NCBI GenBank assembly: GCA_963754925.1
Contig: CAVWHX010000004.1
Location: 864,001-928,000 of the forward strand
Direction of reading: 5' to 3'
DNA length: 64,000 bases
Source of the DNA: an uncultured delta proteobacterium
GTDB lineage: Bacteria; Myxococcota; B64-G9
The position numbers and the translations under genes were made by a program. Numbering within the stretch: position 1 is the stretch's first letter; every line of letters begins with the position of its first letter. The notes below the pieces were generated by a model that worked only from the letters and a program-made list of their open reading frames with translations, was not told the DNA's origin and did no database searches. Positions 1 to 9,441 of the stretch are shown piece by piece.

Positions 1-240
1 CAGGGCTTTTGCGCCGAGACTGGCGGCGGAGTAACCATCTTGGCGGTCTCTGCCCTCGGTATCCCGGTCTCAACCACCCACACCATCGCTGGTGGGATCG
101 TTGGCGTCGGCACCATGAATGGAATTCGCTCAGTACGTTGGATGTTAGCCGGCCGGATTGTGTGGGGATGGATCTTCACGGTTCCTTGTTCTGCCATCAT
201 GGCAGCCTTGTTCTACTTCATGGTCGGTCAATATTTATAA
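1..240 (+). CDS. Inorganic phosphate transporter (PiT family), C-terminal part; 5' end lies outside the window
   Basis: Frame 1 reads QGFCAETGGG...GIPVSTTHTIAGGIVGVG...RIVWGWIFTVP, the PiT C-terminal signature. Confidence 0.85.
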   Translation, partial: QGFCAETGGGVTILAVSALGIPVSTTHTIAGGIVGVGTMNGIRSVRWMLAGRIVWGWIFTVPCSAIMAALFYFMVGQYL

Positions 241-292
241 GAGCTTGTTGCCGAGCACAGCGAGGCTTACAAGCTCTTATCCCTTTAGGGAT
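238..292. repeat. Family B palindromic repeat, single unit, between convergent genes
   Basis: TAAGAGCTTGT...ACAAGCTCTTA stem followed by an ATCCCT-TT-AGGGAT hairpin; matches units at 28029, 30242 and 32771. Confidence 0.8.
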
Positions 293-620
293 GTAACTCA
301 TTTATTTCAGGTTCCATCTGGATCGCGCCTTTGGGGCAAAACTGGGCGCACAGGCCGCAACCCTTGCAATAATTAAGATCTATTTGAATGCCCCCGGTTT
401 CGGGATCGCGGGTAATGCACTGGTCCGGGCAGAGAAACTGGCACACCTCGCAATATGTGCAGATGTGCGCGGCCAGGCATCGTTGGGCCGCGACGGTTGT
501 CTCCTCTACGCTGTAGCAACGCACCGCCTCTTTCCAATCCGAGAGGCGCTCGGGCTGTGGGCGCTCGCTTGGCGGAATTCCCCTCTCTCCCCAGGCAATG
601 CAAACATCGCGCTTCACCAT
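285..620 (-). CDS. 2x[4Fe-4S] ferredoxin-like protein (OFOR delta-like / C-terminal domain of GltD/DsrL-type flavoproteins)
   Basis: AQRCL...CTYCEVCQFLCPD and YCKGCGLCAQFCPKGAI motifs. Confidence 0.85.
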   Translation of the reverse strand: MVKRDVCIAWGERGIPPSERPQPERLSDWKEAVRCYSVEETTVAAQRCLAAHICTYCEVCQFLCPDQCITRDPETGGIQIDLNYCKGCGLCAQFCPKGAIQMEPEINELHP

Positions 621-629
621 CTGTCCTCC

Positions 630-1391
630 TTACCCGCCTTGCAGCTTGAGAAATACCGGGTGATCGCCAGCCGCCCGATCTATCATCCGCTGATCGAACT
701 CGCAGCGGCCGCAAGCATAATCGTTTTCACATACCGTGCCCGGTGCAAGCCCCATCAAGGCATAACGGCAGGGCCGCTCGGCACACCAAGCCTGCCGCAG
801 CCTAGAAACCGCAATCTCCTCCATAGAAATCGCACCGGTGGGGCACAGATAGGCACAGGCTCCGCAGCCGATACAACTCTCGGGAAACTCTCCAAACGGC
901 GCGCGCTCCAATGCCCGTTGCTCCCCTCGGTGTGCCATGGCGATAGCCTCGGCTTTGACAACCTCGCGACACACCCGCGTGCAGAGGCCGCATGCGATAC
1001 ATTTTTCGCCCCGGCGACGCGGTGTAAAGCGGGTCGTTTGCACCTTGAAACGCGCAGCCAATGCACGTAGGTATTCAACCTCGTCGGTCATGGCAAGCAA
1101 CAACTCAAGTACGACTCGCCGGTTGCGCTGTACCCGCGGGCTATCGAGGTAAATCACCACGTTTTTCTCAACCGGGTAGTTGCACGAGGTGGCGAGAATA
1201 GGCTTGTCCCCCTGCATCACTTCGACCAAGCACAAGCGGCAAGCGCCTAAAGCCGAAAGCTTCGGGTGGTAGCATAGCGAGGGGACTTCGTATTCAGCCC
1301 GCCGCAACGCAGCCAGCAGTCCTTCCCCGCGTCGGCCCTGACAGACCCGGCCATTAACCAGAAAGGTCACCCGTTCAGGAGCGTTTTTCAC
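630..1391 (-). CDS. [2Fe-2S] + 2x[4Fe-4S] protein (NuoG/HndD N-terminal-like) with an extra Cys-rich C-terminal domain
   Basis: VPSLCYHPKL..GACRLCLVEV..SC; CIACGLCTRVC; CIGCGACAYLCPTG; GTG start at 1391 assumed. Confidence 0.85.
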   Translation of the reverse strand: MKNAPERVTFLVNGRVCQGRRGEGLLAALRRAEYEVPSLCYHPKLSALGACRLCLVEVMQGDKPILATSCNYPVEKNVVIYLDSPRVQRNRRVVLELLLAMTDEVEYLRALAARFKVQTTRFTPRRRGEKCIACGLCTRVCREVVKAEAIAMAHRGEQRALERAPFGEFPESCIGCGACAYLCPTGAISMEEIAVSRLRQAWCAERPCRYALMGLAPGTVCENDYACGRCEFDQRMIDRAAGDHPVFLKLQGG

Positions 1392-2793
1392 GTTCAAGAA
1401 ATCTCCCAACCGCCAGCGCCACCTGTCTACCCATGGCTATGGCTGATATCACATTCCGCGGACCGGTCGCCACGTCTCCCGCAGCAAACACCCCCGGTCG
1501 ACCGGTCATGAAGGTGGTTCCGTCAACAACCAGGTTTCCCAGGGGGCCGACATCGATTCCATCGATCTCCACCAACCAACCCACGCTCGTCCCGCGATCC
1601 TCCGCGGCCACAAACACCGCAGCCTCCAATTCAACGATCTCCTGGGCGGCATCGGGCACGCTGCGCGGCCAGCGCCGAGCGCACTTGTCGGGAGGGCCGT
1701 AGCTTACCCGGGCGCAGCGAACACGCTGAATCCGTTTCGTTCCGATGAGATCGGTCGGACGAAACTCCTGGATCAACCGAACGCCCTCCTGCTCGGCGAG
1801 CGCGAGTTTGTCTCCATCGGCAGGAGTATCGGCGCGGCCGCGTCGAGACACCAGCGTAACCGAGGAAGCGCCGGCTCGAACGGCCATGCGGGCGCAGGCG
1901 ACCGCCATGTTCGCGCCACCGGCCACAACCACCGGTCCTTCCAGCCGCGGTCCCTTCCCCTCGCTATAGGTCCGGGCGAATGAAACAGCGTCCCAGGCAC
2001 CAGGCAGAAGCTCACCCGGAATGCCAAGTCTGCGTCCTTGACTCGCACCGGTGGCCAGCACCACCGCTTTCGCGCCGCTCTCGAACAGTCCTTCAAGATC
2101 GGCTTCCGAGCGAATGGCCGCACCCAGCTTCAATTCCACCCCACACGCCAGAAGAGCGGCGATTTCCTGATCAAGCGCCTCGCGCTCGAGCTCAAAACTC
2201 GGCACCCCAACCCGCAGCAGCCCTCCCGGCCGGGCTTCGGCTTCCATCAGGACGACCTCCCATCCATCCCGCGCCAGGAAATAGGCGGCGCTCAGACCCG
2301 CAGGTCCGGCGCCGACAACAACGACCCGCCCCGATTTCTGCTGCGGTCGACGGTGATTCACTGCGGTTTTTGGAGACCATTCCGCCGCCGCGCGCTTCAG
2401 CGCTCGAATCTCTACCGACCGATCGAGAGCAACGCGGACGCAGGTGCGCATGCAGGCCCTCACACACAGCCGACCACAGATTGAAGGTAACGGGTTTGTT
2501 TGAAGAATTATCTCAAGCGCTTCCGCGCTATCGCCACGCGCCAGCGCTCGAATATACGCCGGAATATCCTGACCGAGGGGACAGGCCGCTTGACAGGGCG
2601 GAACCTTTGAAAGTTCGGACAGCATGGGGAAGACACCCGCACGCAGCGAAGCCGCACGCGCCACTCGGCCGCGCAGCGAATCCCACTCCAGGGCTTGCTC
2701 GGAAAATAATCTGGTCGGGCAGCGCCCCGTGCAAACGCCGCAGGACAAACATGCTGCGCTCTTCCAGACGGGTCGGTGAGTTCTGAGAGTCAT
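1375..2793 (-). CDS. FAD/NAD(P)-dependent oxidoreductase, GltD/SudA/DsrL-like, with Fe-S clusters
   Basis: PPCQAACP..NPLPSICGRLC..C..C, GAGPAGL, GVFAAGD; extra N-terminal CLSCGVCTGRCP; start is 2793 (ATG) or 2808. Confidence 0.85.
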   Translation of the reverse strand: MTLRTHRPVWKSAACLSCGVCTGRCPTRLFSEQALEWDSLRGRVARAASLRAGVFPMLSELSKVPPCQAACPLGQDIPAYIRALARGDSAEALEIILQTNPLPSICGRLCVRACMRTCVRVALDRSVEIRALKRAAAEWSPKTAVNHRRPQQKSGRVVVVGAGPAGLSAAYFLARDGWEVVLMEAEARPGGLLRVGVPSFELEREALDQEIAALLACGVELKLGAAIRSEADLEGLFESGAKAVVLATGASQGRRLGIPGELLPGAWDAVSFARTYSEGKGPRLEGPVVVAGGANMAVACARMAVRAGASSVTLVSRRGRADTPADGDKLALAEQEGVRLIQEFRPTDLIGTKRIQRVRCARVSYGPPDKCARRWPRSVPDAAQEIVELEAAVFVAAEDRGTSVGWLVEIDGIDVGPLGNLVVDGTTFMTGRPGVFAAGDVATGPRNVISAIAMGRQVALAVGRFLEREKRS

Positions 2794-2814
2794 AGTGCCG
2801 TCAACCAACGATCC

Positions 2815-3381
2815 CTATTCAATTGCTGGGTGCGCTTCTCGAATCCGCTTGCCCATCTCAAAACCGATGCCGAGCGCTTTGAGATTGAGCGCGCGATACC
2901 GTTCGACGATTGAGTTATTCATAGCCGCTTCCACCTCGTCGAGGCCCGCCAATTTCGAAACACCGATCAGGGCCCCCAGCATTATGAAATTGGCCGCTAC
3001 CTGATTGCCGACCTTTTCGATGGCGGCCGCCGTGCTCGGCACGGCGTATTGACGCATGGCCGGCTGATCGCGACCATGCACGAAAAAACTATCAAACAGA
3101 ATCGTCCCGCCGTTGTTCACCGTCGGCGCGTACCGGTCATACCCTTCCTGTGCGAGTGCCAGAAGCCACCCCGGCTTGATGACATGGGGGAAATCGATCG
3201 GCTCGGTCGAGAGAATCACATCGGCGCAGGTGGCTCCGCCGCGGGCGGCCGAGCCATAGGCTTGCGACGCGGCCACCCGCAACCCGCGACGCGCCCCGGC
3301 CTCTGCCAGGACCGACCCGAGGGTCACGAGTCCTTGTCCGCCAAGTCCGCCAAAACGAACCTCAACGGGCGAGCTGATCAT
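2815..3381 (-). CDS. 2-oxoacid:ferredoxin oxidoreductase gamma subunit
   Basis: GLGGQGLV, YGSAARGG, NFIMLGAL. Confidence 0.9.
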   Translation of the reverse strand: MISSPVEVRFGGLGGQGLVTLGSVLAEAGARRGLRVAASQAYGSAARGGATCADVILSTEPIDFPHVIKPGWLLALAQEGYDRYAPTVNNGGTILFDSFFVHGRDQPAMRQYAVPSTAAAIEKVGNQVAANFIMLGALIGVSKLAGLDEVEAAMNNSIVERYRALNLKALGIGFEMGKRIREAHPAIE

Positions 3382-4129
3382 CAAAAAACTCCCCAATCAC
3401 AAAGTGGGTTTCCCGTTCGTTGCCCATAAACCCAACAGCATCTTCTTTGGCGACGCAGTGAGTAGTTAAATGCTGGTAGAGGTCGCGCAGATCATCGAGG
3501 TGATTACGCCGCCCAAACTGTGTCGGACAGGGGGTCAGCACCTCAATAAAGGCAAAACCAGGGGTGGCGATTCCGCGTTTGATCGAGTCAATCAGAGGCC
3601 GCGGGCGCACAACCGGCCAGCGCGCGGCGTAGGCCGCTCCAGCAGCCTGCACCACGGCGCACAGATCAAACGGGCGATAGGGGTTGCCGTCCGGAGTTGT
3701 CGCGGTCAATGCCCCTACCGGGGTGGTCGAGGCGCTCTGACCGCCGGTCATGCCGTAGATCTGGTTGTTGGCGCAGATTACCGTTAGATCGATATTGCGC
3801 CGGGCAGCATGGATCAAGTGATTGCCGCCAATCGAGCTGAGATCCCCATCCCCCGAGACGACGATGGTGGTCAGTTTTGGATTGGCGAGCTTGGCGCCGG
3901 TGGCGCAGGCCACCGCTCGGCCGTGCAAGGTGTGCAGCGTATCGGCCTTGATGTGCGGACTGGGAATCCAACCCGCGCAGCCAATGCCGGAAACAAACAA
4001 CAAGCTTTTCCGATCGAGCCCAAGCTCATCGCACGCGCGAACGATTGCTCCGAGCAGAATGCCGTGACCGCAACCCGGACAAAAGGTCGAGTGCTCGACG
4101 CGCAGCCAGTCATGCATCGCCCGGGTCAT
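3362..4129 (-). CDS. 2-oxoacid:ferredoxin oxidoreductase beta (TPP-binding) subunit
   Basis: FCPGCGHG, GIGC, GDGD..SIGGNH, NNQIYGMTGGQ, PCPT. Confidence 0.92.
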   Translation of the reverse strand: MTRAMHDWLRVEHSTFCPGCGHGILLGAIVRACDELGLDRKSLLFVSGIGCAGWIPSPHIKADTLHTLHGRAVACATGAKLANPKLTTIVVSGDGDLSSIGGNHLIHAARRNIDLTVICANNQIYGMTGGQSASTTPVGALTATTPDGNPYRPFDLCAVVQAAGAAYAARWPVVRPRPLIDSIKRGIATPGFAFIEVLTPCPTQFGRRNHLDDLRDLYQHLTTHCVAKEDAVGFMGNERETHFVIGEFFDDQLAR

Positions 4130-4174
4130 GGTCGATTGTCTCCGTTAGCATTTGTTTTTACACTACAGTACTGA

Positions 4175-4282
4175 TTCGCGCTGGGTCCTGCCGCCTTGCA
4201 TCCCCCGGCGGTGCTCGTCATCGCAAACGACACGATGACTCCGCGCCGGCGGGGGGCCCCCTGCTCGGCGTCACCCAGCGAA
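4175..4282. repeat. Family A structured intergenic repeat, copy 1
   Basis: CGCTGGGT...ACCCAGCG outer stem; core CATCCCCCGGCGGTGCTC...GGGGCCCCCTGCTCGGCGTCACCC shared with 16592, 18197 and 46302. Confidence 0.9.
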
Positions 4283-4298
4283 CTTGTAATCTCGAGTA

Positions 4299-5420
4299 TT
4301 ATAGTACCTCCCGCACTTTCTCGACGATCAGGCCCGGTTCGATGACCTCGCCGTTAGTCTGAGAAAGCTCGACGACCTCGCAGCGTGCGTTTTGTCGCAC
4401 CAACCCTCCCACCTGGCCGCGGTTCATTTCAGGCACCACGATGGAACGAACCGATTGACTCAGCTCATGAACTAAAGCCTCCGGAAACGGCCACAGGGTG
4501 ACTAAACGCAGCAACCCGACCTTTATGCCCTGGCGCCGCAGCTCCTTGACGGCAGCGATTGCACTGCGACCGGTAAAACCGTAGGCCACGATCGCCACCT
4601 CGGCATCGTCAAGGAAATGGCGCTCGACGGCAATAATGTCTGGCGCGTTATCGAGGATCTTGCGATTGATACGCTCCACCAACCGCGCATGATGCTCTGG
4701 TTCGTCGACCCGGCGAAAGCCCCACTCGTCGTGGGTTGAACCGGTCACCAGTACATTGGCCCCCTCGCCGAAGCACACCATGGGCGGGATTCCGTTTGGC
4801 TCCGCGGTGCCAAAAGGCGGCTTCTCCACCGTACGCACTCGCGGTGTAATCTCAAAATCTCTGTGTAATCGGACGTTTTCGTGCAGGTGGCCGATCCCTT
4901 CGTCCGCCAAAATAAAAACCGGCACCCGAAAACGCTCGGCCAGGTTGAAGGCGCGAATGGTCAAATCGTACATCTCCTGCACCGACCAGGGCGTCAGGGC
5001 GATTGGGCAGTAGTCGCCGTGTGAGCCGTAGCGCGCCTGAAGAATGTCGCCGGCTCCAACCTTGGTTGCTTGGCCAGTTGATGGGCCTGCGCGCTGAATG
5101 TCGATTATCACGCACGGCGTCTCGGTAAAGGCTGCGTAGCCGATTCCTTCCATCATTAGACTGAAGCCCGGCCCCGAGGTGGCGGTCATGGCCTTGGCGC
5201 CGGCCCACGAGGCCCCAATCACGGCCGAGAGCGAGGCAATTTCGTCCTCCATTTGGATGAAGGTCCCGCCCGAACGAGGAAGACGCTCGGCCAAAAGCTC
5301 CATTATCTCAGTCGAAGGGGTAATCGGATAACCGGCAAAAAAGCTACAACCCGCCACCAGCGCGCCCTCGGCCGCGGCGTGGTTGCCCATCAAGACTTGT
5401 GGCCCTTGCCCGCCCGACAT
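4299..5420 (-). CDS. 2-oxoacid:ferredoxin oxidoreductase alpha subunit
   Basis: FFAGYPITPSTE, QMEDEI, TATSGPGFSLM, QRAGPSTG, VPEMN. Confidence 0.93.
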   Translation of the reverse strand: MSGGQGPQVLMGNHAAAEGALVAGCSFFAGYPITPSTEIMELLAERLPRSGGTFIQMEDEIASLSAVIGASWAGAKAMTATSGPGFSLMMEGIGYAAFTETPCVIIDIQRAGPSTGQATKVGAGDILQARYGSHGDYCPIALTPWSVQEMYDLTIRAFNLAERFRVPVFILADEGIGHLHENVRLHRDFEITPRVRTVEKPPFGTAEPNGIPPMVCFGEGANVLVTGSTHDEWGFRRVDEPEHHARLVERINRKILDNAPDIIAVERHFLDDAEVAIVAYGFTGRSAIAAVKELRRQGIKVGLLRLVTLWPFPEALVHELSQSVRSIVVPEMNRGQVGGLVRQNARCEVVELSQTNGEVIEPGLIVEKVREVL

Positions 5421-5441
5421 ACCAATCCTTTACCATAAAGA

Positions 5442-5457
5442 GGTAGTCTAGACCATT
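5442..5457 (-). promoter_or_regulatory. Putative GntR (HutC-subfamily) operator upstream of the OFOR operon
   Basis: Minus strand AATGGTCTAGACTACC with core palindrome GTCTAGAC (GTnTAnAC), ~25 nt before the alpha-subunit ATG. Confidence 0.4.
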
Positions 5458-5562
5458 GTCATGTTTTACACGACGAATATGTCTGAGCGGGCGTACATTC
5501 TTCGCTAGATTGCGGGGCTGGTCAACATTTGAAATGGGCCTGAACGGTTACCAACTACGCTA

Positions 5563-6417
5563 TCAGTGCTTAAGTGCTGTAGCGATGGCGTCAGCCAATG
5601 GCGTTGTGGGCCGACCGATTAAACGACGTAAATCTCCGCTCGTATCGTCCAGCTCGCCGCGAGCGATTCCCTGGTCGGAATCGACTAAGAGGTCCGCAAA
5701 CGGCGCGGGTACGCCCGCACCGAGGAGCGCTTTCTTATACTGTTCGGGCGGCAGATTGGCGTACGTAACCGCCTTGCCGGATTGACGAGCCACCTCGGCT
5801 GCCACGTCGGCCATGGTAAAGGACGCGTCACCACTGAGCTCGTAGATCTTATTCTCGTGCCCCGCGGCCGAAAGGACCGTTACCGCGGCAGCAGCGAAAT
5901 CGGCCCTCGTCGCGGCCGCAATACGTCCCTCGCCCGCTGCGCCAAATATCTTGCCCTGCGCCAATGCGGAGCCGAGGTTTTCGGTGTAGTTTTCGATATA
6001 CCAACCGTTGCGCAAAAACACAAAGTTCAGTTTGGCGTCGCGAATCGCATGTTCAGTGGCCTTGTGCTCAGCGGCTAACCCCAAACCCGACGTCTCCGCG
6101 CGCAATACGCTGGTATATGCTAAAAGAGCCACGCCCGCTTTCTTTGCCGCCCTTACTACGTTCTGATGTTGCGCCGCCCGTTGCCCCACCTCGTTAGAAG
6201 AAATAAGCAGTATGCGTTTGGCGCCGGCGAAAGCCGCATCGAGGCTCTCGGGTCTACCATAATCGGCCTGATGGACCTGCACTCCCCGTGCTTTCAGGTA
6301 GGCGGCCTTGTCAGGACTGCGCACCGCGACCGCAATTTGCCCCGCAGGCAGTTTCTGTAACAGTCCCCCGACGACGAGACGACCCAGTTTTCCCGTGGCC
6401 CCGGTTACGACAATCAT
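5563..6417 (-). CDS. qorB: NAD(P)H:quinone oxidoreductase, NmrA-like SDR (QorB/YtfG family)
   Basis: MIVVTGATGKLG, LLISSNEVGQR, LRNGWYIEN, LIGRPTTPL. Confidence 0.85.
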   Translation of the reverse strand: MIVVTGATGKLGRLVVGGLLQKLPAGQIAVAVRSPDKAAYLKARGVQVHQADYGRPESLDAAFAGAKRILLISSNEVGQRAAQHQNVVRAAKKAGVALLAYTSVLRAETSGLGLAAEHKATEHAIRDAKLNFVFLRNGWYIENYTENLGSALAQGKIFGAAGEGRIAAATRADFAAAAVTVLSAAGHENKIYELSGDASFTMADVAAEVARQSGKAVTYANLPPEQYKKALLGAGVPAPFADLLVDSDQGIARGELDDTSGDLRRLIGRPTTPLADAIATALKH

Positions 6418-6488
6418 GATTGAATCCTTCCTGCGACCGTTAGTTAACGGTCACGTTACTAATGACATAAGGTATAGGTTTTCCGTGC

Positions 6489-8315
6489 CTATTCAACCGT
6501 AACGCTCTTAGCGAGATTGCGGGGCTGATCGACATCGGTGCCGTTGAAATCGGCGATATGATAGGCCAAAAGTTGCAACGGAAGAACATTGATCATCGGC
6601 TCGATGGTTGGAAACATGTTCGGCATGGGTATCTGCACCCGGCACAACTTGTCGAGATTTTGGTCGCCTCGGGTGCACAGGGCGATCACTTGCCCTCCGC
6701 GGGCTTGGACCTCGGCTAAGTTAGAAAGGATCTTCTCGTAGCTATCGTTTTTAGTTGCGATCGCCACCACCGGCATGTGCTCGTCAATGAGCGCAATCGG
6801 CCCATGCTTCATTTCGCCGGCCGCATAGCCCTCGGCGTGAATATAGCTTATTTCCTTGAGCTTGAGCGCTCCCTCCAATGCGATTGGGTAATTGATCCCG
6901 CGCGCAATATAGAGAAAGTCGCGCGCGCGGGCGTAGTTTTTCGCCACTTCAACGATGTTTTTTTCCGTATTCAAAACTTGTTGGAGCAGATCCGGAACCA
7001 TCGACAAGGCGTTGAGGTGGCACTGCGCCTCTGACGCCGAAAGTTCGCCGCGCGCCCGTCCGAGACGCACCGCCAGCAAAAAGAGCGCGGCGATCTGAGT
7101 TACAAAAGCCTTGGTGGACGCCACCCCAATTTCCGGGCCGGCGTGGGTGTAGAGCACCTGATCCGACGCGCGTGGTATGCTTGATTCCAACACATTGCAG
7201 ATCGACAGCACGGTGGCTTTAAGCCGACGGGCTTCGCCGATCGCCGCCAAGGTGTCGGCCGTCTCGCCGGATTGCGAGATGGCGATCACCAAATCATCCT
7301 TGGAGACAATCGGATTGCGATAGCGGAATTCCGAAGCCAAATCAACTTCAACCGGGATTCGTGCCAAGCCCTCCATTAAAAACTTGCCCACTAATCCGGA
7401 ATGGTAGCTCGTGCCGCAGGCCACAAGCATAATACGGCGGAATCGCTTCCAATCGGCAGCGGAAAACGTAATCGAGTCGAGTATCGCGTCTTGGTGATTG
7501 GAGGGGATACGACCGGTCAAGGTGTCGGCAAGCGCACGCGGTTGTTCGTGGATTTCCTTCAGCATGAAATGCTTATAGCCGCCCTTTTCAGCCATGAGCG
7601 GCGTCCAGTCAACCTGCCGCGGACTACGCTGCACCGCCGTGCCATCCATCGTTTGGATGTTAACGGCATCAGCGGTCACCTCGGCAATTTCGCCGACATC
7701 GAGGAATACGAATTTTCTCGTGTAGTTGAGGATGGCCGGAATGTCCGAGGCGACCAGGTTCTCGCCTTGGCCAAGTCCCAGCACCAGGGGCGATGCGCTG
7801 CGCGCAACGACGATTTTATCAGGCTCGCTGGTTGAGATAACCACCAAGGCATACGTACCCCGGACGAGCTTCAAGGCCCGGCGCACCGCTTCGAGCAGTG
7901 GGTAGCTGGTCAGTTCCTCGTCGATCAAATGGGCGAACACCTCGGTATCGGTTTGCGACGAGAAGGTCCGGCCTTTTTTCTCAAGCTGTCGGCGCAACTC
8001 CTGATGGTTTTCAAGAATGCCGTTGTGCACCACCACCGCTCTTCCCGAAGCATGGGGGTGGGCGTTTTGCTCGGAAGGCGGCCCGTGGGTGGCCCAGCGC
8101 GTGTGACCGATTCCCAAATGGCCTGAAAGCGGCTTTTTATCTATTAACTTCGCAAGTGCTGCGAGTTTCCCCGCGGCGCGATAGATGTGCATCTTGGTAC
8201 CGTCGTGCACCGCTATTCCGGCCGAGTCATACCCTCGATACTCCAGCTTGCTCAGCCCTTCCATCAGTATGGGAGCTGCTTGTTTCGGCCCAATATACCC
8301 AACAATTCCGCACAT
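6489..8315 (-). CDS. glmS: Glutamine--fructose-6-phosphate aminotransferase
   Basis: MCGIVG start, HTRWATHG, SQSGETADT, PRNLAKSVTVE end. Confidence 0.98.
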   Translation of the reverse strand: MCGIVGYIGPKQAAPILMEGLSKLEYRGYDSAGIAVHDGTKMHIYRAAGKLAALAKLIDKKPLSGHLGIGHTRWATHGPPSEQNAHPHASGRAVVVHNGILENHQELRRQLEKKGRTFSSQTDTEVFAHLIDEELTSYPLLEAVRRALKLVRGTYALVVISTSEPDKIVVARSASPLVLGLGQGENLVASDIPAILNYTRKFVFLDVGEIAEVTADAVNIQTMDGTAVQRSPRQVDWTPLMAEKGGYKHFMLKEIHEQPRALADTLTGRIPSNHQDAILDSITFSAADWKRFRRIMLVACGTSYHSGLVGKFLMEGLARIPVEVDLASEFRYRNPIVSKDDLVIAISQSGETADTLAAIGEARRLKATVLSICNVLESSIPRASDQVLYTHAGPEIGVASTKAFVTQIAALFLLAVRLGRARGELSASEAQCHLNALSMVPDLLQQVLNTEKNIVEVAKNYARARDFLYIARGINYPIALEGALKLKEISYIHAEGYAAGEMKHGPIALIDEHMPVVAIATKNDSYEKILSNLAEVQARGGQVIALCTRGDQNLDKLCRVQIPMPNMFPTIEPMINVLPLQLLAYHIADFNGTDVDQPRNLAKSVTVE

Positions 8316-8444
8316 TACTGCCTCCTGTTCATCCGTAATAACAAATCCGTAACACCGTTATCGCTCGGGATTTCTCGCATCGACAATCGGCGGTAAATCA
8401 ATGGATTTGAAAATAACGCAGTTCTTCATTGATAATAATACACA

Positions 8445-9245
8445 TTAATACCACGTTGTAAAGTGTTCCCACCCAGGCGGCGGCGTGGAAAAACGATCGT
8501 CGGAGAGCGGTTCGTAGGGGGGCGGCCCGGGTTGATAGGGTGGGGGACAGAAAGCGTCGACGCCAACGCTGCAGAGCCCTTTGCTGTCATCGTAGCGCAC
8601 CGTAAGCCGCGCCGCGGGGTTATTCCAGTTCTCGCGGACGAACGAAGTCTCAGTAACCGGCGATACGCGACGCTCGCCGAACTCAGTGCCGAGGTTATAG
8701 GTGGTCGAACCGAAATCTGAGCTCTTGTCCACGTTATCGACATATGGCTGCCCTGGACGTAACGGCGGATGCGTACCATATTCTGGAAAGAGGGCCACGC
8801 TTACCGCACCGACGGTCCAGGGTGTGCCCGTTTGAGCGGCATACGAGCGATTGGCGCTGGTGAACCGAAAGGCGGCAACCTCATGCATACTCAGGCGAAA
8901 TCCGTCAACGTCAATGAACGAATACGCCGGGATTACATACCCGCGTTTCATAAGCGAGGCCGTACGCCCATCGATAGCGTCCCGTCCATCGACTGAAATC
9001 AGCGCTTCCACGCGGCGCCCGGTGCGATTGTGTACGCGAATAGCATAGCGCTCGCCTACCCGACCCTCGACAAAACTCCGCCGATTTCGGTGGTAGACGG
9101 TACGTCTCCTTCCTTCAGAAATGATTTCCATTTCATAGCTGGCAGATGGTCTGTAAGCCTGACAACCTTCCAATTCATGCGACTGCGCTCCAAAGAAGAA
9201 ACCGGTCAAGAGTATGCTTACCATCGCAATCAACGTGTTCTTCAT
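8445..9245 (-). CDS. Conserved hypothetical secreted protein
   Basis: Signal-peptide-like N-terminus (MKNTLIAMVSILL...); GERYAIRVHNRT...SVDGRDAIDG; Pro-rich C-terminus. Confidence 0.7.
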   Translation of the reverse strand: MKNTLIAMVSILLTGFFFGAQSHELEGCQAYRPSASYEMEIISEGRRRTVYHRNRRSFVEGRVGERYAIRVHNRTGRRVEALISVDGRDAIDGRTASLMKRGYVIPAYSFIDVDGFRLSMHEVAAFRFTSANRSYAAQTGTPWTVGAVSVALFPEYGTHPPLRPGQPYVDNVDKSSDFGSTTYNLGTEFGERRVSPVTETSFVRENWNNPAARLTVRYDDSKGLCSVGVDAFCPPPYQPGPPPYEPLSDDRFSTPPPGWEHFTTWY

Positions 9246-9441
9246 GAGGATACCCTCCATCGACTATGGACGCACCCAGCATGGGAAGGATCTATAGTTG
9301 CCAACTCAATTTGGAGGTCCCTGCCCCTGACGAACACCCGTAAGCTTGTTGCAAACTGACCCACCGCACGGTAGTTTGACATTTCGCTATGAGGACACAT
9401 CCTAATAGCTTGTAGAAAGCTTTGTCCCACGGAGCAGACCC

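Noticed and set aside
8370..8400. glmS ribozyme upstream of glmS (ATCGACAATCGGCGG resembles part of the core)
   Set aside because: The resemblance is on the non-coding strand, and the AGCGCC and GACGAGG elements are absent.
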